A DNA stretch of 28,592 bases from an uncultured Gemmatimonadaceae bacterium (GTDB lineage: Bacteria; Gemmatimonadota; Gemmatimonadetes; Gemmatimonadales; GWC2-71-9), in the NCBI GenBank assembly GCA_964388145.1, contig CAYLZR010000003.1, positions 5,785-34,376 of the forward strand, read 5' to 3'. The position numbers and the translations under genes were made by a program. The notes under the pieces were generated by a model. That model made no database searches. It was not told the origin of the DNA and was given only the letters and a program-made list of their open reading frames with translations. Shown piece after piece: positions 23,991 to 28,592 of this stretch (positions are counted from its first letter, which is position 1; each line of letters opens with the position of its first letter).

Positions 23991-25696
23991 TAGGTTGTCG
24001 GACGGAGCGCCAATACGCGAGCCTGCAGCGTCACGTTCCCACGAAACTCGTTTTCCTCGAGTCGCAATGCGACGTCCACCGGTCCACCCAACCAACCGGA
24101 TTGTACACGATCCGCAAGCTCGAATCCAATGGCCTCGAGACGACCGGTGTCATCTCGGATCGTGAACTTGAGGTGATTCTCGCCAACCTCTCGAGCTCGT
24201 TCTGCCCGGGCGTTTGTTACGGCAAACACCGGTGCTGGATTTCCCATCCCGCAGGGCTCCAAGTGTCGTAACAACCGCTCGAGATCGGCGTCGAGACGCT
24301 CCACCGGCGTTTCGACGTCAACGCGTTGGACCCGCACGAGTTCGTCTTTCGAAAGCCTGTCACGCGCGACGTTGTTAAAGGCTTCGCGGAACGGTTCAAT
24401 CGCTTCGCGCTTGATCGTCAAGCCGGCGGCCATGGGGTGACCGCCGAATTTCACGAGGTGTTCGGAACACGCCGTCAGGGCGCTGTGTAAATCGAAACCC
24501 GAAATACTCCGACCAGATCCCTTGCCCTCGTCTCCGTCCAGCGCCACCATGAAGGTGGGGCGCGCGTATCGTTCGACAAGGCGGGAAGCGACGATGCCGA
24601 TCACCCCGGGATGCCATGACTCCTTCGCCAAGACGAGCGCAAAGTTCTCATCGAGATCAATTGTGTCGTCGATTTCTTTCGTTGCCTCCCGCAGCATCTC
24701 CTGATCCATTGCCTGCCGGCGCGCGTTCAGCGCCTCCAGCGCACGGGCCTGATCTCGTGCGGAGGATTCGTCGTCCGCCAAGAGCAGGCGCAGCCCGTCC
24801 TTGGCGTCACCGATGCGGCCCACCGCGTTCAGCCTGGGCGCCAAGATAAATCCGACGTGGCCGGCCCGAATGGGACGTCCAGCGAGACCCGCGGTGGACA
24901 CAAGCGCACGGACACCGGGCCACCTCGAATGTGCCAGCATCTTGAGTCCAAACCTCACCAATGTCCGGTTCTCACCAGTGAGCGGAACGAGGTCGGCCAC
25001 GGTGGCCAGCGCTACCAAATCCAGCAGATGCAGGGGCATGTTGTCGGGTAACCCCAACTCGGCGATGAGCGCTTGTGCCAGCTTGAACGCCACTCCGGCA
25101 CCGCACAGCTGTTTCGAGCCGGAGGGGCAATCTGCGCGGTTGGGATTGATCACCGCGTCGGCGGGCGGAAGTTCGCCGGGCACGTGGTGGTCCGTAATGA
25201 CGACGTTCATTCCACGTGACTTTGCATCCGCCACCGCCTCGTGCGCCGTGGTCCCGCAATCGCACGTGACGATGAGCGAGGCTCCGTTCTCCGCGGCGAA
25301 CGCGACTCCGGCTGGGCCGAGGTCATACCCATCGCGCACCCTGTGGGGCACGAACGGCTTCACGTCGGCGCCGGCTTCACGGAGAACGCGGGTGAGCAAC
25401 GCGGTACTCGATTGCCCATCGACATCGTAGTCGCCGTGGACGACGATGGTTTTTCCCGCGCGAACCGCATTCGATATCAACGACGTTGCTTCAGGAAGAT
25501 CTTTGAATTGGTACGGGTCGCTCAGCGAATCGAGGGTAGGCCGAAGAAAGGATTGGGCATCTTCAACCGATCGGTAGCCTCGTTGAATCAAGAGGGCGGC
25601 GAGCGCTTCTGGAATGTGTAGGGCCTCCGCCAGGCTACCCCGCGCCACCGAATCGGGTTGCTCGCTAAACTTCCAACGCGTGTCGATCGCGGTCAT
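23990..25696 (-). CDS. recJ: ssDNA-specific exonuclease RecJ
   Basis: Has GDYDVDG, TCDCG, TDHH, TVADLV, PRLNAVGR, GSGRS and FGGH. ATG 25696 forms an ATGA overlap. Confidence 0.97.
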   Translation of the reverse strand: MTAIDTRWKFSEQPDSVARGSLAEALHIPEALAALLIQRGYRSVEDAQSFLRPTLDSLSDPYQFKDLPEATSLISNAVRAGKTIVVHGDYDVDGQSSTALLTRVLREAGADVKPFVPHRVRDGYDLGPAGVAFAAENGASLIVTCDCGTTAHEAVADAKSRGMNVVITDHHVPGELPPADAVINPNRADCPSGSKQLCGAGVAFKLAQALIAELGLPDNMPLHLLDLVALATVADLVPLTGENRTLVRFGLKMLAHSRWPGVRALVSTAGLAGRPIRAGHVGFILAPRLNAVGRIGDAKDGLRLLLADDESSARDQARALEALNARRQAMDQEMLREATKEIDDTIDLDENFALVLAKESWHPGVIGIVASRLVERYARPTFMVALDGDEGKGSGRSISGFDLHSALTACSEHLVKFGGHPMAAGLTIKREAIEPFREAFNNVARDRLSKDELVRVQRVDVETPVERLDADLERLLRHLEPCGMGNPAPVFAVTNARAERAREVGENHLKFTIRDDTGRLEAIGFELADRVQSGWLGGPVDVALRLEENEFRGNVTLQARVLALRPTT

Positions 25697-26403
25697 TGAA
25701 GGTAGATCAACACGCCGCAAGCCTCACACGTCGCGAAGGTGTCACCGCGCCGTATCTGCTGGCGCAGATGCATCGGCAAGGATGTATAACAGTGCCCACA
25801 GGCGTCGCTATGTAGTTCGTACATGGCCAGGGGCGCCCTGCCGCTCCGAATTCTATCGTATAACGCCAACAGCGGTCGCGTGGTGTTCTTGATATCGTCT
25901 GCGGCCTCCTGCCGTTTGCCGCCGGCCTCTCCGAGGCGGGCCTTGCACTCGGCTTGGATCTTCGCGATCTCGTCGCGCCGTGGCGCCTGTGCCTCCTGCT
26001 CGCTCACGACATGCTGACTGGCTTCGTCGGCCGCCAATTGGATCTCTTGGACTGTATCGGAGGAACGAATCCACTCCGCCTCCTCTTTGGCCAACACGCT
26101 TCGGGCCAGATCGATCTCCGCCATCAACGCCGATGCTTCCTTGGCCCCTCGTACCCACTCCAACTTCTGCCGGCGACGCTCTTGCATCACACGATATGTT
26201 TCGAGATTGCTTTCCAACTCGTCGCGCTTGCCGCTGGCTTCTTCCAGGCTCGCCTGAAGCCGAGCGTGCTCGTCTTGGAGTCTCTTGACAGATTCGTCCA
26301 AGCTGGCAATCTCCGGCTCCAGTATCTTGAGCTCATCCTCGATTCCCATAACGACTTTGTCAGCCTCCTGCAGTGCTAACAGACGTTCAAGATCAGAGTG
26401 CAC
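25693..26403 (-). CDS. Coiled-coil C4-type zinc-ribbon protein (COG1579-like)
   Basis: Begins L.RLLALQEAD, has a long coiled coil, then LYDRIR...CGHC...CEACG. GTG 26403 lies after GGAGG. Confidence 0.88.
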   Translation of the reverse strand: MHSDLERLLALQEADKVVMGIEDELKILEPEIASLDESVKRLQDEHARLQASLEEASGKRDELESNLETYRVMQERRRQKLEWVRGAKEASALMAEIDLARSVLAKEEAEWIRSSDTVQEIQLAADEASQHVVSEQEAQAPRRDEIAKIQAECKARLGEAGGKRQEAADDIKNTTRPLLALYDRIRSGRAPLAMYELHSDACGHCYTSLPMHLRQQIRRGDTFATCEACGVLIYLQ

Positions 26404-28177
26404 TACTCCTCCCTGTTCGAATGACATTCCACCGTCCGGGTTTCAATGCCGCAAGTTGCCGACTCAACAAATCGATCTGCCGAACGATTTTCGGCTTCTC
26501 TTCTTCCGGAGCTACGGCCATATGGCGTCGTAGCGTTTCCAGTTCCGACTCGATGCGGCGACCACGCAGATGATTGAGCGAACCGGCCACGAGCGCATCG
26601 ACGTTGATTCCTCCCAGGTCCTCTTCCAACACCCCTGCCAATACCGTGCGTGCTTCACCGTCGACGTGACTGAGCATCTCCGACCCCGTCACATCGTCGG
26701 GCTGAATGGATAGATACTCGAATATTGCACGATCGGGATCAGCGAGCACCGATGGATCCGGCACTTGCTCCGCGATCCGCGAGCGCCAGCCAGGTTCGTG
26801 CACCATCACGCGTGTGAGATTGCGCTCGGCCGACATCCCCCCGGCGCGGCCGCTACGCGGCACCCCTCCTCGTTGTCGCGGCTCTCCCTGTGTGCGGTGT
26901 GCCGGAGGAGACCCGATCTCTGCACGGACCGATGCTGCCGTGATTCCCAACATCTCCGCGGCTCGCGTAACGTACAGATCGCGTGTGACGGAATCCCGCA
27001 CGGCGTGCAACGTGGGCAGTAACTTGTCCAACGCGCGTCGTCGGCCTCTCAACGACCCCAGCCATCCTTTGCGATCGAGCAGCTGCAGTTTGCGTTCAAA
27101 GACGTCGAGAGCGTCGTCAACAATCTCGTTGAGCGCTTTGGCGCCCCCTTTGACCACCACGGTATCCGGGTCTTCGCCTTGCGGGAGGGTGGCGATACTG
27201 ACACGCACCGCCGCACGCAACAATTCGTCGCCCGCCCGAAAGCTCGCTCGCAATCCTGCCGGATCGTTGTCGTACAACAGTACCACTTCAGTGGTGTAGC
27301 GCTTGAGAAGCGCCGCCTGGTCGGATGTCAAAGCCGTCCCCAACGGCGCAACCACGTTGTCGATGCCCGCCTCGACGGTCCGCAGAACATCGAAATATCC
27401 CTCGACCACGATGGCTTTTTCGGCACGACGGATCGCTGGGCGGGCGTAGTGCAGGTTGTACAGGAGCTGCCCTTTATGAAAGATCCTGGAGTCGGGCGAA
27501 TTGAGATACTTCGGCTCACCGTCGCCGAGGACACGTCCTCCGAATCCGACCACGCGACCGCGAAGGTCGTGAATAGGAAAGAGCAGCCGTCCCCAAAAAC
27601 GCGGCCGCACCGATTCATCTTCTCGACGTACCGCCAGGCCCGCTTCGAGCAATACGTCCGGCGATATGCCCAACTTTTCCATCGCATCGAGAAACGCTTT
27701 CCCCTTCGGCGCGAACCCCAACCCAAGCGGGTGGAGGGCTTCGCCGGACAACCCCCGTTTCTCTAGATACTTTCGCGCAATCTCACCGTCGGGGGCCTCA
27801 CGCAATCGCCTCGCATACCACTCCGCTGCAACCGACGCGGCGCTAAACAACGGCTCGCGAGGGTCGGGACCGCCGGTCGGCCGCTCCGGGATCACCACGC
27901 CGACTTTTGCAGCGACCTCGCGAACAGCGGCCGGATAATCCATCCCGAAGTGCTTCATGAAAAACGTGAAGACGTCGCCGCCCTCGTGGCACACGAAGCA
28001 ATAGTACATCTGCTTCTTCGGAATGACCGCCAGGTTGCGCTTGGTGCCTCCGTGGAACGGACACGGCCCACGGTAGTCCGCACCCATCCGCTTGAGGTCG
28101 ATGTGTTCGCCCAAGAGATGTATCAGGTCCGCGGTATCGCGGACTTGCTCGATGAGCTCGTCGGGGATTGCCGTCAC
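26393..28177 (-). CDS. dnaG: DNA primase
   Basis: Has the Zn finger CPFH...CFVC, RLLFPI, KYLNSP, TOPRIM VVEGYFD, LGTALT and YDNDPAG. GTG 28177 forms a GTGA overlap. Confidence 0.98.
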   Translation of the reverse strand: MTAIPDELIEQVRDTADLIHLLGEHIDLKRMGADYRGPCPFHGGTKRNLAVIPKKQMYYCFVCHEGGDVFTFFMKHFGMDYPAAVREVAAKVGVVIPERPTGGPDPREPLFSAASVAAEWYARRLREAPDGEIARKYLEKRGLSGEALHPLGLGFAPKGKAFLDAMEKLGISPDVLLEAGLAVRREDESVRPRFWGRLLFPIHDLRGRVVGFGGRVLGDGEPKYLNSPDSRIFHKGQLLYNLHYARPAIRRAEKAIVVEGYFDVLRTVEAGIDNVVAPLGTALTSDQAALLKRYTTEVVLLYDNDPAGLRASFRAGDELLRAAVRVSIATLPQGEDPDTVVVKGGAKALNEIVDDALDVFERKLQLLDRKGWLGSLRGRRRALDKLLPTLHAVRDSVTRDLYVTRAAEMLGITAASVRAEIGSPPAHRTQGEPRQRGGVPRSGRAGGMSAERNLTRVMVHEPGWRSRIAEQVPDPSVLADPDRAIFEYLSIQPDDVTGSEMLSHVDGEARTVLAGVLEEDLGGINVDALVAGSLNHLRGRRIESELETLRRHMAVAPEEEKPKIVRQIDLLSRQLAALKPGRWNVIRTGRSSAL

Positions 28178-28592
28178 ACCTTGAACTCCGCTATCGTCAC
28201 CCCCCAACCACCTTGCTGCGGCGGCGAAGTGTGAAACGACACCACTCGCATGTCTCGCGAGAGCACCTGAGATACCCGCTCACGTAGCGCGCCGGTGCCT
28301 TTGCCGTGGATGATCCGAACGGCGCCCAGATCGGCGACCACCGCATCGTCCAACGCACGCAGCACCGCTTGCTCCGCCTCGTCAGCCATCATTCCTCGAA
28401 GATCGATCTCCGTCTGCGCGGCACGCTTCGCGACATGGAGCAATGGAGACGTGCGTCGCTTCACTCGGGGCGCAACACCTGATGTTTCCTGCTGTCGCTC
28501 CGTCTTGCGGCCGGGCCCTTTGATCGTCCAGCCCTTTTTGCGCGCCTCTTGCTCGAGCCTCTTCAAGGCCTCCCGCTCGTCCCGCGCGCCTT
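28174..28592 (-). CDS. mutS2: Smr-domain protein, probably the C-terminal part of MutS2 (partial, runs off the window)
   Basis: Has EIDLRG...IIHGKGTGALR...GGWGVT. The frame stays open to the window edge through charged helical sequence (GARDEREALKRLEQEARK). Confidence 0.75.
   Translation of the reverse strand, partial: GARDEREALKRLEQEARKKGWTIKGPGRKTERQQETSGVAPRVKRRTSPLLHVAKRAAQTEIDLRGMMADEAEQAVLRALDDAVVADLGAVRIIHGKGTGALRERVSQVLSRDMRVVSFHTSPPQQGGWGVTIAEFKV

Overview
This is a high-GC core-genome window in which every supported gene lies on the minus strand. Gene order and protein style suggest Gemmatimonadota, but that is inference and was not searched. In transcription order (right to left) the genes are: the Smr-domain C-terminus of a probable MutS2, dnaG, a C4 zinc-ribbon coiled-coil protein, recJ, rsmD, coaD, pta, an anti-anti-sigma/anti-sigma/GAF-PP2C phosphatase trio, rsmA, rex, arcA, a DEDDh exonuclease, an MBL hydrolase, infC-rpmI-rplT-pheS-pheT, a ZapB-like protein, zapA, rny, folD, xseA, xseB, ispA, dxs, nadK and recN. 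I found no transposase, integrase, CRISPR array, tRNA or rRNA. The unexplained signal is small-scale. (1) There are three inverted arrays of tandem 7/8-mers: at the recN stop, at the infC stop, and as an in-frame ~40-aa insertion inside pta. (2) A 63-bp MITE-like inverted-repeat element with 6-bp flanking direct repeats sits upstream of pheS. (3) A ~95-nt rod-like RNA candidate lies at the zapA-rny position, where 6S RNA often sits. (4) infC has an attenuator-type leader and a CTG start. (5) A perfect Rex operator overlaps the rex promoter. Start codons were re-called by eye where the ORF track over-extends.
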